Below, in pieces: positions 38,769 through 52,164 of a stretch of 64,000 nt of DNA. The DNA comes from Trichosphaerium sp. ATCC 40318. Taxonomy: Eukaryota; Protista; Tubulinea. Location: the NCBI GenBank assembly GCA_038496445.1, contig JALMLS010000341.1:62001-126000 (forward strand), read 5' to 3'. The notes under the pieces are model-generated. The model did no database searches and was not told the DNA's origin. It saw nothing but the letters and a program-made list of their open reading frames with translations. Numbering within the stretch: the first letter of the stretch is position 1; each line of letters begins with the position of its first letter. The position numbers were made by a program, and so were the translations under genes.

Positions 38769-41601
38769 TTAAACCTTGCCAGAAAATAGATTATTCATAG
38801 AAAGAGAGGAGAAAGCTAAACAAAAAATCCGTCAATAACGAATACACAAAAAACACCAAAAAAAAAAAAAAGAATCGTACGATCAGGACCAGATGGTTTT
38901 TGTACTGTATTACCAGGTGTTAAAGTAGCACCACCGTTAGGAGCCATTTGTTGTTGATTATATCCATTGGCGTTACCATTCTGCATTTGTTGTTGCCCAT
39001 ACATTTGTTGACCATTAAAATTTCCATTCGCTTGTCCATTGAACTGCTGGTTCTGGGCACCGTTAAATTGCTGTTGCTGGCGTTGCTGTTGTTGATTGTA
39101 AAATTGTTGCCCTCCTTGTGCTCCAAATTGTTGTTGCTGTCCTCCAAACTGTTGAAAGCCTACAACATAACTTTAACACAAGAGAGTTATAATTAAATCG
39201 GAAAGAGAAAGACCGCATGTATCTATTTCGTACCTTGCTGTCGTTGCTGTCCGTTAAAGTTTTGTCCATTATTCTGCTGTACAAACTGATTCCCAGCGAA
39301 ACCTTGATTACCTTGAGCTTGCATATTCACATTTCTAGAAACATTTGGATTTTGCCCAAATTGATTTGCGCCAGCGAACTGCTGTTGGTTCTGCATTTGC
39401 GCATTCATAGCAGGCGTAGAATTTGCATGTCTAAACTGCTGTTGATTACCTGCAAATCCTTGATTCATCTGTGGCTGTGGCATTGAATTCTGTCTCTGCA
39501 TGTTCGTCCCTTGCTGTCCGAACTGGTTTGAAAATCCTTGAGTATTCTGACTTTGAACTCCTCCAAACATTTGGTTCTGGTTTTGCGTGAACCCTTGGTT
39601 TTGCTGCATACCATTTGGATTACCACGGGCCATATTCTGGTTACCGTTCTGCATACCAAATTGGCTATTAATGAAACCTTGATTTTGGTTAGCGACAGGT
39701 TGTCCACCAAATCCTTGGTTATTTTGTTGCATGCCATTCGCTCGAGGAGAGACCATGGACATGTTTACGTTACTACTACTATTCTGACTACCAAACTGTT
39801 GGTTACCTGCAAATCCTTGATTCTGCATAGGCATGCCACCACCATTTTGAGTTGGAAGACCCATACTACCATTTGAACTATGTAATCCAACGCTTGTGTT
39901 CGATCCTTGTCTTTGTATACCGGTGTTAGCGTTTACATTCTGTGTACTACCTCCAAACTGTGCAAACTGATTTTGGGCTTGTGGCGTTGCTGTCTGTTGA
40001 GAAAACGCGCCAAAACCAGAAGCTTGATTTGGTTGCATTGTTGATGCTGTTGTGACTTGGTTTTGTTGTGGTGTCATCGCTGGAGTGCCGCTCGCTGGCA
40101 ACAATGTGTTACCAGACTTGCTAAACACATCTAGAGGATTTGTGCTAGGTTTCAGAGGGGATTGTGCGACTGCAGGTCCGCCAAACGCACCAAATAGGGC
40201 TGCTTGTGAATTTCCCTGCTGTGGCTGAGCTGGAGTTTGTCCAAATTGTCCAAAAGCTTGTTGTTGCGCTCCATTTGTCTGAGGTGTAGCAGCAGGAGCC
40301 CGCATATCAAAGCCATCAAGAAGAGAAGGCGTTGCTGCAGGTGCTGCTTGTGCTGCTGCTGGTGGTTGATTGAATGCAGCAAACCCACCTTGGCCTGGTG
40401 CAGCACCGAAAGGATCCCAACCGCCTAAAACAACGTCAGCTAAAGAACTTGAATTTTTTTCAAATAAAAACAAACTATTTTCTTGCCTTGTTGTTGTTGT
40501 GCGGCTGCTGGAGCTGTAACTGGAGCACCAAAAGGGTCTCCAAATGTGTTTGACGCTTGAATCGCTGTTGGAGCGGCTGTAGATGACCTAGCTTTCTACA
40601 ATGAGTTAGTACAAAAAAAAGAAAAAATATTTTTTCCGGTTTTTGATTTTTTTTTCTGAAATTGATGTAAAAAAAAAACGACGTTGCATTTAATTAATAG
40701 TGGCGAACATACATCGACGAGCTGTATTTCGGGGATATTGTTACCAAGGAGATTTGAAAGCGGCTCAGGAGTTGGAGTCTAGTGGCCACAAATAAGAAGA
40801 TTTGGTTTTGGGTGCGTTTACTGTTTTTATAATAAAAAGCTAAGAGGTATATCGGTAGATAGGTGCATAAGCCATTCCGGCTTTTACGTCACTTGGCGTG
40901 CCTTTATCTTTTTGCTTTTTCTCTTTTTCTTTGTTCGTTTCTTTTTTTTTTTAACTGTGGCTACCCACTGCTTTTCTACGTATGTTTTCAGTATGAACTC
41001 TTTAATTTTAGCTCTGTCATCGGGTCCTGGCTTTGGAAAAGACTGTGGTGTCCAACTAGCCCTCCATTTAGCTATGGCAACCTAATAAAACGGTTACAAG
41101 GCGACTACGACGCAAATAAGTCACCTCATTGCCACCTTCACAAATAGCATCAACCTCGGCGTCAGTGAATGTTGTGTGATGTATAGATTTGACGCGAATG
41201 GAGCTAGTTGGAGCGTATGGAATTTCGCGCCTTTGAGTGTCAGAATAAGCAGTTAATGGCGTTGTCATCGTACATTACGCCACTACATAGTGTGCACAGT
41301 ACGGTGTTGAAGGTTGTACAAATATAAGTGCAACTCTGTAGGTGTGTTAGTTAAATAGATAAGCGGGTAAATAATGGTATGGGTACCCTTGCGGTGCAAT
41401 CCATACACTCTTTATTGGCTACAGGTAATTAGCAAGTGATCTATCAAAGAGGAGCAGATAGTTTCGGTTCTGCGTTAAAACGATAGCGCAAGCGATTGTA
41501 ATAACGCTGTGCTAACGGCGTATCAAACGCGTACCTGGTTCACGCAATTTGGTTCGGACCCTGTCCATATTAATTTTCTCCTTTGAGGCGAACCTACTCA
41601 T
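38769..41601 (-). CDS. ArfGAP with FG/Q/N-rich low-complexity C-terminus (AGFG/Hrb-like)
   Basis: NKECMDC...CTLCSGVMR, RVKSI, GGNE, FILKTYVEKQW, followed by DPFG/FG and Q/N-rich exons. Confidence 0.85.
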
Positions 41602-41781
41602 GGTGTTTTAACGCCTTGGGTGCCTAATACAATTTATGAACTTTAGTCTCAATTTTTCTACACAAAAGTGGTCATAATACAGTATACTTTTGGCAATGTG
41701 TAGCGTATAAAAAGCTTGCCAAACGAGCGGTATAAACTATAAGTTGTGTCGCAAAGTTTTTCCGCCATCAATCTTTTTTTA

Positions 41782-43494
41782 TTAATTTAGATGAGGTAGA
41801 CCATCATCTTCGTCCACTTCTGACATTTCATCATAATCTTGTTCATCTAGTTCCTCTAAATCACTCTCATCATCAAGAGAGTCATCGTCCGAGTCCAAGT
41901 TAACCTCTTGCCAAGGCTCTGCGGATTTACTCATAAATCGTGTTGAAAATCGTTTTGACAAATCCCGTATTGACGCAGTGATGGCTAAACGCCCCTCTTT
42001 CTTCTGTGGAGGAGCTAGTGCTGCTACACGATTGTTCTTTGGCGCTGGGCCATCTGGAAACTTAGGCTCTCCCAGAGCTCTAAGATCTACTTTTGGTTCA
42101 GAGACTTCAGAACTTAATTCAGAAAGCTCTAAGCCGCTATCAGACGAGTCAGAGTCAATTTCTGATAGTAATTCAGAATCATCTGACTGATTTTTTAATA
42201 CTGCTGGTTGTGTGTATTTTGTGTGTTTATCGCCGCGATGTACACGACTTTTGGTTTTCCTCATTGCAATGAAACATATGCCAAAACCTAAACGGAGAGG
42301 TTATGTAAAAGTGAATCAATTATATTGAGTGTGACTTACTGACAATGTTAAGCACAAGCAAACCAGCAAGTATTATACCAATGATTATACCAAGAGGTAG
42401 TGCGAATCCAAAATGATGGCTAGGCGCACGCTGAACTGCCTCCGCTCTAGTAGGTGGACTTTGTGTTATAGGTACACTTTGTGCACTTTGCGTTGGTGCA
42501 ACGGGAGGAGGTGAGGTTGTAGGTTGGGCACTGGAACATGAGTTAAAAATACAGGAACTAAAGAAACAATTTGCTTACGTTGGCGCTAGAGTATCTGTCA
42601 ACTTGTTGGAGCCATCACACTTTTATCTGCTTTAGTAATACACTTTTGACATCTATACGTACTCTAGTAACGGTATGGAAGGAGAAAAATGATTCTGTAG
42701 GGCAAGCGTCGAAGAAAAATGGTTCTGTTTTACCCAGAATACATTTACCAGTTGTTTCACAATACCCACAAATTTGGTTCAATGGGTTGTCTGTCAATGT
42801 AACACATTTATCGCAATCTTGTTCTGGTACTTGTACTGCACATGGGTCATCTTCTGTGACTATAAGCCATTGATCGAAATCATTATCATTACAAGGTAAC
42901 CATTTCAAAGTAAAGTCAGAAAACGCCAAGCACTCATTATTTGTATGAGTGCGTAAATGAAACGCTTCGGAGCAATTGAAACCGTTATTAGAAGCAATTG
43001 TATCATTGCAAGGTGTCTCTACGAGCTCGAAATCGTAGTCTAAAGCTGAGTGACACTGTGTTAGGTGTTCCCCATCTACTCCTGAGGAATGTACACATAA
43101 ATTGAAATTTAAGTAATTTCGCCATTGGAACCATTCATCATCAGCTGACGAGTATGCAAACGACCAATATGCGCTGTAGCTTGGTGAGAAGTACTGACTA
43201 AAAAAATAAAAAACGCATGAACTTCCTACCTTGGGTTTGTTGTCCCATCAAAGAGGAATTTCAACGCTAGAGCCTATACGTTTGTAAGTTGGCGTGTTAT
43301 TTTCGTAGACGTGTTTAGCCGCGTGAGCAACCGTTGTAGTGTTATTTGGCGCGCGTTGGAGCATTTTAACGTACGTTATCGGGGTCTACACCAAGCGCAT
43401 ATTCTTGATTACCAGCAGCTTGCAGAGTCCATAAATGGGCACTCAGTACAACTAGTGGTAGCACTAAAAACAAAAAAGCGACGGTTCTTGCCAT
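41782..43494 (-). CDS. Single-pass type I membrane protein with PSI-like Cys-rich ectodomain and acidic cytoplasmic tail
   Basis: Signal peptide MARTVAFLFLVLPLVVLS, C..C...CGYCETTGKC...C, Pro/Thr stalk, TM LGIIIGIILAGLLVL, D/E/S-rich tail. Confidence 0.6.
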
Positions 43495-43637
43495 GCACTC
43501 TTGAGTTGATTACCAAAAGTAAAGTACAATCGCAATATGAAGCCCGCGTAGGTGCTATGGCGTCTAACGAGATCGGCAGAATTAAACGGCTTAACAGTGC
43601 CTTACCAGAAATTCTGTACTTTTTTTATATACAAGCA

Positions 43638-45106
43638 ATGGACAAGGAGAACGTAAATATAATGAATGCGCACCAAACCAGTACGTTTGTTTGAGTGAAA
43701 TTGAGTTTGTAACTCTTATACGTTACAGATTCACCATCACACGCGAAAAAACGACAACGAGCGAGTGATACTTCGGTTGATGCAATAGAAGCAGGCCTTA
43801 AAAAATTAAAAAGCATCGATCAACCAGATACGCCAGCCACACTAGGTAGGACCATTTAGTAGCTTTGATCTAACATTCTATTACAGAGGATGAAGTAATT
43901 TTACGCGGGAGACTACAAAAACAAATAGAGTTCTACTTTAGTGATTCTAACTACTTGGCATCTACATACATGCGTTCAATCTCCGACGCAAACGAAGGCT
44001 GTACGTAAATTTTATTTAAAGTGTCATTTATTTCCAGCCTTTCAAATGATTTATTGCTATTAGGGTTCCCTATCGCAGAACTATTCAAGTTTAATCGCGT
44101 GAAAACCATTGTTAGTGCAATCGAAAGTGAGACGCCAGAAGCGTTTATATTGTCTTCAATAACAGGCTCCCAGACACTAGTCGTTTCAGAAGATAATAAA
44201 AGTATAAAACGAGTCTCAGCTATCTCACCTGATGCTCTTGAAGAGTCCAAAACCAGAAAAGTGTTCATGGTACATTCTTTGTAGCTGTCAAAATGGTCCT
44301 TACGTAACAATCTATTAGAGCGGCTTTCCAGTCTCTGACTTGAACGTTGAAACTGTAACTGACTTTTTTATGGCCCACGGCAAAGTATTGTCCGTAAGGA
44401 TCGTTAAACCAAGAAAAGAACAAAAGGTACTCTCATTGTATGATTTAATTTCTGACTTTTTTGTTTTGTAAGACTGGCTCAGCACTGATTGAATTCTCGT
44501 CCCAAACTGGAGCAAATGCTATTGTGGCTAAGAATCAATTAGTATACGCACAACGCCATGCTTTGACTATAAAACCATACCGTGACGACGCGGCCAAAAC
44601 AGAATATCGTAATAGACATGTCCGTAAACAAGCACAGCAAAAAGTACGTCGCCAAGACGCCATAGCTGAGCATGCTTCTATACACGCATATTGTGGTAGT
44701 TGTGAAACAAGACTTTGCTCTTCGGTTTCACTAAGGTAAGTGATAACCATGCTCGGTGTTATCGCCTTACTTTTGCTGTAGACTACTACCAGATAACTCT
44801 ATTATTTGTTGGCAAGTAGATCTATTAAAACCGTCAATAATTCTCAAGCCTCATCCGGATGCCGAAAAGAACCCTAAGAAAGTATATCATATCAAGTGTG
44901 CAAAATGTGCTTCTCCGCTGGGTATGGTGTCCAAGTATAAGAGTACAAGCTTGTCATGGTTTTTGAAGGGAGCTAGAATACAGTTCAAACGTAAGGAGGG
45001 ACATAAGGAGGAGCAAGACATTTCTGTAGCTGAATGGAAAGAATTCCAAAAATCAAGAAACCAAAAAAGAGTTGAGAAGCTCAATCTAAAGAGTACCAAA
45101 CAATAG
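43638..45106 (+). CDS. La-motif + RRM + RIG-I-CTD-like zinc-binding domain protein
   Basis: KQIEFYFSDSN...FNRVK (La motif), VFMSGF...HGKVLSVRI...GSALIEF (RRM), YCGSC...C...LR...KPHP...IKCAKCASPLG...KYK...WKEF. Confidence 0.8.
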
Positions 45107-45353
45107 GGTTCTTAAGCCACGGCGCATTGAATATGTGTTGACAATAGATAACGTACTTGTTGTTGTCAGTCGCCGTTAAATGGCAATATTCATTGTAATC
45201 ATTGTACTAATAAAAATCAGCTGTTTACGCTGAAAATATTCAACAAAAAGAGATGTTGAGAAGTCAATGCTGGTAGACTTGAACCGCAAATTCACGAAAC
45301 AAGAATATAACGGCGTTAGGTGTCATTGATTGTCATTTGTTTTAAGGTTTGGC

Positions 45354-47996
45354 ATGCTATTGCTGTTGTTCTTGATTGTGACTGGTACTCATATTTTTAC
45401 CTCCATAATTCTTTGTTAACGTTACCAAGGTAGTGCCTGTGCTACTGAAGTTAACAGAACGAGGGAAGGTGAGTATCAACAAATGGTGTGGCAATTGGCG
45501 CTAATTTTGTTTAGAATGGGTTTCCTCGGTACAAGTAAAGGATTGGAGGCAAGTTTTGGAGGAAATGGAGCAGTTTATTGAAGAAAACGCTCAAATAATT
45601 GAACAAACTCCAACAGACGCCGAAATAGAGTCAGAATCGCCTATTGAAGGCGAAGAAATACTTCCAGGATCATTGACAGCAGAAATCAACAAAGCCGATG
45701 AGGTACGCCCCAAACGTCATTAACAGGCGTAACATCGCCATATCTCATCACTAGCCACGTGGCATCACAGTAATCCAAAATCCTATAACGCATTTTCAAA
45801 GGCATTAATCTCGCTTGTAGGCTCACACCAGACAACAAGTTAACATCGCAGCGGGTGTTTTGAGTGATGTATATTTTGGTTTGATAACACCGGGCACCGA
45901 TCAATCTGCTGTTGTTAAACACAACTGGGCGAAGGCTCGTAAGTACTACGCATACGCAGAGCGTGGGTACGCGTACCGACAAGAAGCCTTTATTATGCAA
46001 TATGGTAGTTTCTTTGGAGATAAAGTAGAAACGTCAAATGCAATACCAAAGGTGACGTGTCAAGTGGTTTTTTTTTGTTGAAATGTTCTGTTTTTATATT
46101 TTTATTTATTGTTATTGTAGACATTGACAAAGTTATGGATGTCTGCGAAACATGGGAATACAGATGCCCAAATCGCCATGGGTTATAGACATTACTATGG
46201 TAAAAGTGTTCCTAAAGATTGCCAAGCTGCTGCACAGCATTATATCAAAGCAGCAAGCAAGAGTAAGCGCAAATTTTAAAAAAAATTAGTTCTTTTTCTT
46301 GTGACTGGCGAGTACTTTCTTGAAGCTAATTACTCCTCAGTTGTTGAGGACATCAACGAAAATGGTCTCAAGTTTACATCTGACTTTGTTCGGCTTTCTG
46401 AGGCATGGAAGAAATCTCGTGATGACTTAACAAGGGAATCCGGTATTATTGATCTATACAAGTATTCAGCTGATACTGGAGATATTGAATCTCAAGTCAC
46501 AATCGGTTTATTCTATATGCATGGTGGTCATGGTATTGCACGTGATTATGAGCGTGCTCACAAGTATTTTTTGATGGCTCAAGGTATGAATAGCGTTGTT
46601 TTTGAAACAAGAAAACAAAAACTTCGGCTAACTTTTTTTGTAGAGCAAGGTCATAATGTTGCAAAGTCTCATAGAGCCCATATGGTACTCAATGGTCTTG
46701 GTATAGAACAGGATAATGAAACTGGCTTGGCAATGTTAACAGAAGTTGCTGAGGAGGTGAGCGAATCAGTTTCTCGTGTATCTTTGTCTAAACAACAACT
46801 ATAGGGTATCGCAACAGGTCAAGCATACCTTGGGCGTATATACATGAATGGTGGTCATGGCGTGGAAAAGGATGTGAAACAAGCTATTGTTTGGCTTAAA
46901 AAGGCTGCTGAGAAGAATAGCGCAGACGCTTTATTTGATCTAGGCACCCTGTACTTCGGTACGTATCCGTGTTGTTGTTTGAACCAAAACCAGTTCTTCC
47001 TCGCTTACTGACGCCTCAAATAGACGGCAATGATATCAAAAAGGACTATGGAAGCGCATTATTATACTTCCAACGTTCTGCTACAAATGGTAATGTAGAG
47101 GCTTTGTATAGAATGGGTTATATGCATTATATGGGATTTGGTACAATCAAAAACTGTGAAAACGGCGTTCAAGTCTTGAAAAAGGTCATTGAAAAGGGCT
47201 ATACACGTCATATCATCCAAAAGGCGTATGGTTATTACAGGGAGGGTAATATAGATAAAGCAAAGCTTTATTATGTCCAAGCTGGAGACCTTGGTACTGA
47301 ACTGGCTCTGTCTAATGCTGCATGGCTTTTCGAGCAGGCAAATCATGGTAAAAACTATGAAGCTGCTATGTACTTTTATAGAAACGCTGCACAACTAAAA
47401 AGCGCTACAGCGCATGTAAAGATGGGTGATTATCATTATTATGGCCATGGTACGTTGTTTGTTTGTTTAATGTTGGTTTTAGTTGAAACTCATTAGCTTG
47501 TTGCTTGTTGTTTTTTTCTTGTTTTTCTTTGTTCTTATTTTGTTAGGTGTACCACATGTAGACAAAGAACGTGCTGCTGAGTATTATCAAGCCGCTTCGG
47601 ATCTTAGAAGCCCACAGGCTACATTCAATCTTGGTTTTATGCATGAGTATGGTATTGGTTTACCTCATGATTTTCATTTGGCAAAGAGGTACTATGATAT
47701 GGCTTTAGAGATTAGTGAAGATGCTTATCTACCAGTATCGATTGCATTGTCTGCTCTCAATATTCATTTTTGGACAAACAAGTATAAGGTACGTGTAAGC
47801 ATATCTGTGCGTTTGTTGTAGACAACCAAAAGTGCTGCAGCTTTTGTTCCGGTCTTTTTTCTTTGGTTTATTTGGATTCTTATCACGTGTTTAGAATGGT
47901 GTTTTTGGGTTACAATGGGATACATTGGCTATTATTATATTGCTTGTGTTGTTGACATTAACACTTGCGATTAGGCGAGTAGTATCGAGAGTGTAA
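45354..47996 (+). CDS. SEL1L/Hrd3-like ERAD component (Sel1 repeats)
   Basis: Signal peptide, AQIAMGYRHYYG...C, multiple Sel1 repeats, KMGDYHYYG, QATFNLGFMHEYGIGLPHDFHLAKRYYDMA, C-terminal TM helix. Confidence 0.9.
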
Positions 47997-48391
47997 AGTA
48001 AAATATGTAATAAATCTTAAAACTAAAAAAGCCTCCTACTTTCCATCAAACCACTGAAAGTTGCTGGTGTTGTCACCTGGGTAGAAATCAATGCACAACC
48101 GTTGTATGGCATTGATTTTAAAAGTGCACAAGTCAACTAGCGCAGCACGTGTGATGGCTTTGGCTCATAAAAATTTCGGTTTGCTAGTGCTCTTGAATGC
48201 AATTCTTTGTTACGGAATTCCTCATTGTGGATATACTTCACTGGAATATCCAGGTACAATGCTCAAAATGGATAATATACATTTCAACACAACCGCTTTT
48301 GGAATGCCAATTATCATGCATTAAAATAGTATCTGGATAGATCATGTAAAGTATGTGAAAGAATTTATTGGTGTTTTTGAGGGGTTTTGTT

Positions 48392-51300
48392 TTATAGTTT
48401 AGCGCTTGTGATCGTAACATGACCCATCTTTCTTCCTTTTCTTATTGCACCCTTTCCATAAACGTGTAAATGAACACCTTCATTGAGCTGTCTTGTATCT
48501 TTCAAGTATGCAACAGCATCATTAATATCAGATCCAAGAAGATTCCTCATTTTAATATGTGGACACAATAGAGTTGTTGGACCAAGAGGTAGCCCAGTAA
48601 TTGCGCGAACCATTTGCTCAAATTGAGATGTTTGACAACCTTTATAAATAAATAAGTATTCAAAATCACGTGCTAAAAAAACAGAGTGCGAGCACATCAA
48701 GAAAAGGAAGAAAAAAGAGAGAAAAAAAAGAGAATAGATTTGTTTACCTTCAATACTCCAGTGTCCTGAGTTGTGTGGTCTTGGAGCTATTTCATTGACG
48801 ATCAGAGATCCATCAGGCATTACAAATAATTCAATAGCAATAACACCTTCGTAACAAATAAGAAACAGACGGAAAAAAACCCAATAGAGTTACCTTCTAA
48901 ACCCATTCCCTTCGCTAATTTTCTTGCGATTTCATTAGCCGCTTTCTTGACTTGGCTTGTTGCATTCGCTGGGACTATAGTCTCGCGTAGAATACCACGT
49001 TCATGCCTGGACATAAATCAGTACATATCATCGTCATAACCAACGAGTTATTTTCTTGAAAAAAACAAATAAAAAAAACTTGCCTGTTCTCAACAAGTGG
49101 GAAAGTCTTGATGTGTTGATCTCTTATACCCATTGCAACAATGATAGATGCTTCGTATGAAAAAGGAACAAAGCCTTCTAATACAAAGGACTTTCCTTTT
49201 ACATTGTACCATATCTGTGATAAGTTTTGTCCAAGCTTTATTACAGTTTGTCCTTTACCATCATAACCTTCTGTTGCTGTTTTTAAAATAAACTTTTTAC
49301 AGTTCGATGGGTGTCCAGAGAGTTCTCTAATACCGTCCTCAAGGTCTAATTGTTGTTAAGAATTGATGTGTTTATTGGGCTTGAGGGTACCTTTGAGGCA
49401 TTCTACAGCTTTCCATGGTGCTGTTTTGATACCAACAGAGTTAATGAACGTTTTTTCTGTAACCTAACAAAGCAATTAATATTTGAACAAAAACTCAAGT
49501 CAAAAAGTTTGTACTCTGTTTTGGCAGATTTTTAATGCGTTAGGTTTTGGTCTGACTGGTCTGAATTGCTCTAAATACTTTGCGGTATCTTGAGGTACAT
49601 TTTCAAATTCATAAGTAACAACATCAACAGCAGCTAAAAGTAATAAAAAAATCAGTATTGGGCTGTTTGAACAGTTTTGGTTAAGTCGTCTACGCACCAG
49701 CAAATGATGCCAATGCTGTCTCATCATGATAACCAGCTACTGTTTTATCTTGTGCAAGCATAAAAGCTGGAGAGTTAGGATCAGGACAGTATACATGACA
49801 TCTACAAAACGAATCAATAAAAAAGTTCCATGGTATACTTTTCTTGCCTATAACCCAATTGAGTTGCTGCTGGAATTATCATCTTTGCTAGTTGGCCACC
49901 TAATGTTTCAGCTTAATACATTGTCACATATCATATATTGTAATACTCACCACCGAGGATGCCAATAACTGATCCTGGAGGAAGGAATTTTCTCTCGTAT
50001 TCAGGTTGTTTTGTTGGCGTCAATAAGATTTCTTTCCTGAAGTTTTATTAACTACTTGGGATGTTGTGGAGTGTCGTACTCTGAAGGTGCTTTTTGTGCG
50101 CCACTGATGATGTTTTGTTTATCTACAGGATGCATAGTTACCTTCGATTTTCTAAAATTCTTTCCGTGAGCAAACAATAAAGTCAGTTAACGTTTTTTTT
50201 TAAAGTACGTGTTTTCTCTCCAAACTTGAAGTCTAGCACCAATGTCACGTAAGCCTGCTGATTTTCCCAATATTGCAGCTGCTAATAAAGCAGCATTTTT
50301 GGCACCAGAAGCACCTATTGCTAGTGTACCAACAGGGATACCTATAGCAAATTAATCAACACTCTTAAACGCTGCCAAGGGCGTAGTTTCTACTCTACCA
50401 GCAAGAAAGAATTTTATTTTTTAATTTAGTACCTCCTGGCATTTGACAAATTGAGTACAAAGAGTCAACACCTGATAGAGCACTAAAAAACATGAGTGAA
50501 TAACAATTAATAACGGTTTGTTTTGGTTTTAACTTACCGTGACTTAACTGGTACGCCTAGAACTGGTACATATGTTAAAGCTGCTACCATTCCAGGTAGA
50601 TGAGCCGCACCACCGGCGCCAGCAATTATGACCTAGTACAAGAATAAAGATAAGAACAAACGCAAAAAGCCAACTGTTTGTTGATTTTTTTATACCTTGA
50701 TTCCTCTTCCTTCTGCTCCTTTAGCAAAGGCATACAAGCGTTCAGGTGTACGATGTGCTGAAACAATACGCGATTCATAAGGTATTTTTAGTTCTTGTAG
50801 GATTGTTATGGCATGCTTCATTGTAGGCCAATCAGACTGCGAGCCCATTATAACACTATTTGGAAATTATCAGTATGCCTTAGATCCATCTCATTATACG
50901 TACCTTACAAGTGGTGATTTATTAGCAACTGTAGGAACTACAGCATCAATCAACTGGCTACTAGCAGCATCCGCAACCCATTTAGCGCTCACCAACGAAC
51001 TCTTTGAACCTTTTTTACCTAGTAACAAGAATAAATAAGAAAATACTCAGAACAAAACTTACCTCTTTGTCTAACTGTCCATGCGTCATTATCAATAATA
51101 CCGGATAAAACAATATTCTTATCATTTGTCACACCAAATACCAACTAAGACAGAAAATATCAAAACTTGATGTTTAAGGAAATCTTGTAGACTTACGTTT
51201 AACTCAAAGAGTGAGACATCTAGCTGGTTCCATGCACTCTCTAATGTGAGAAATACGTGTAAAGCTGTATGTTTGATCTCTTCAAGAACATCTCCGTTGA

Positions 51301-51915
51301 TTTGAACGCCATTTATGACCAAACCAAGCTCTACAATGCTTTCTCCTTTTCGATTGTTAAACACGCAAAACATTCACGCAATGATGTTACAACACAGATG
51401 TGACATATGTTACGTACCTGATTGTGCGCTTCCACTTTCGTTAGCACTGTGGACAACCTCGATCAGAGGAAGAGGGCGGAACACGTGGCCTTGAGAAACA
51501 GTTCTTTGGCGTTTTGCAGTGGCTGAAGTAGCGGTACGCGTAATAGTGACTTTGCACGGGATTGTTGATGTTTTTAGTACACGTATAGTACTAGGTGCTA
51601 TTTGCTTGACATAGTGAGTGCGAATATGCGTTCCTTGGTGAGCTGTGGCAATTCTGAGGAGCCGAAAAACGGATGAGTTCGTTTTAATTCGGTTTTGCAG
51701 CGCTTGGTCTACTTTGGAAGCTGAAGAATCCTTTACAAATGTTAAATGACACCCATTTCTCATTAAGAAATTGTACAACATGCCTTGGCGCCTTGAATAC
51801 GCTTCAATTGCAGAAAGGCATTACTTTGATCATCAAGAGCTGAGAAAACAATGTAATCTTTGTCTTCTGCTATTTTCTGGCCTTTAACACGTTCCCAATT
51901 ACGAGCGTTGGACAT
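48392..51915 (-). CDS. Purine biosynthesis fusion: degenerate SAICAR-synthetase (PurC)-like + PurE + PurK
   Basis: PurC-like ...VFLTLESAW...LVFG...[12 protein letters not shown]. Pur[36 protein letters not shown]. Pur[34 protein letters not shown]. Exon phases join into one frame. Confidence 0.85.
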
Positions 51916-52164
51916 TAAGACCCAATGGGAAAAATAATATGACTGTGGAGCGGTTTTTTTCGAACAATAAAATTTGTAAAGTCCTCGTTATTCAGTATTC
52001 TTTAACACAACAAACAGTGCATCTAAACCCCGCACTTGTCGACACAATAAATATTTTGTTATTGTTTGGCTTGCTTACTGTAGTTTTTTGTTATTAGAGT
52101 TTTTTTAGCCGTTTCTTTTACGTACCCCTTTTGTTTCCTTTGGACCTAAATAGTCTAATCATTA

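Noticed and set aside
38920-40428. Extra ORFs and apparent repeats in the Q/N-rich region
   Set aside because: Explained by the low-complexity tail of the ArfGAP gene.
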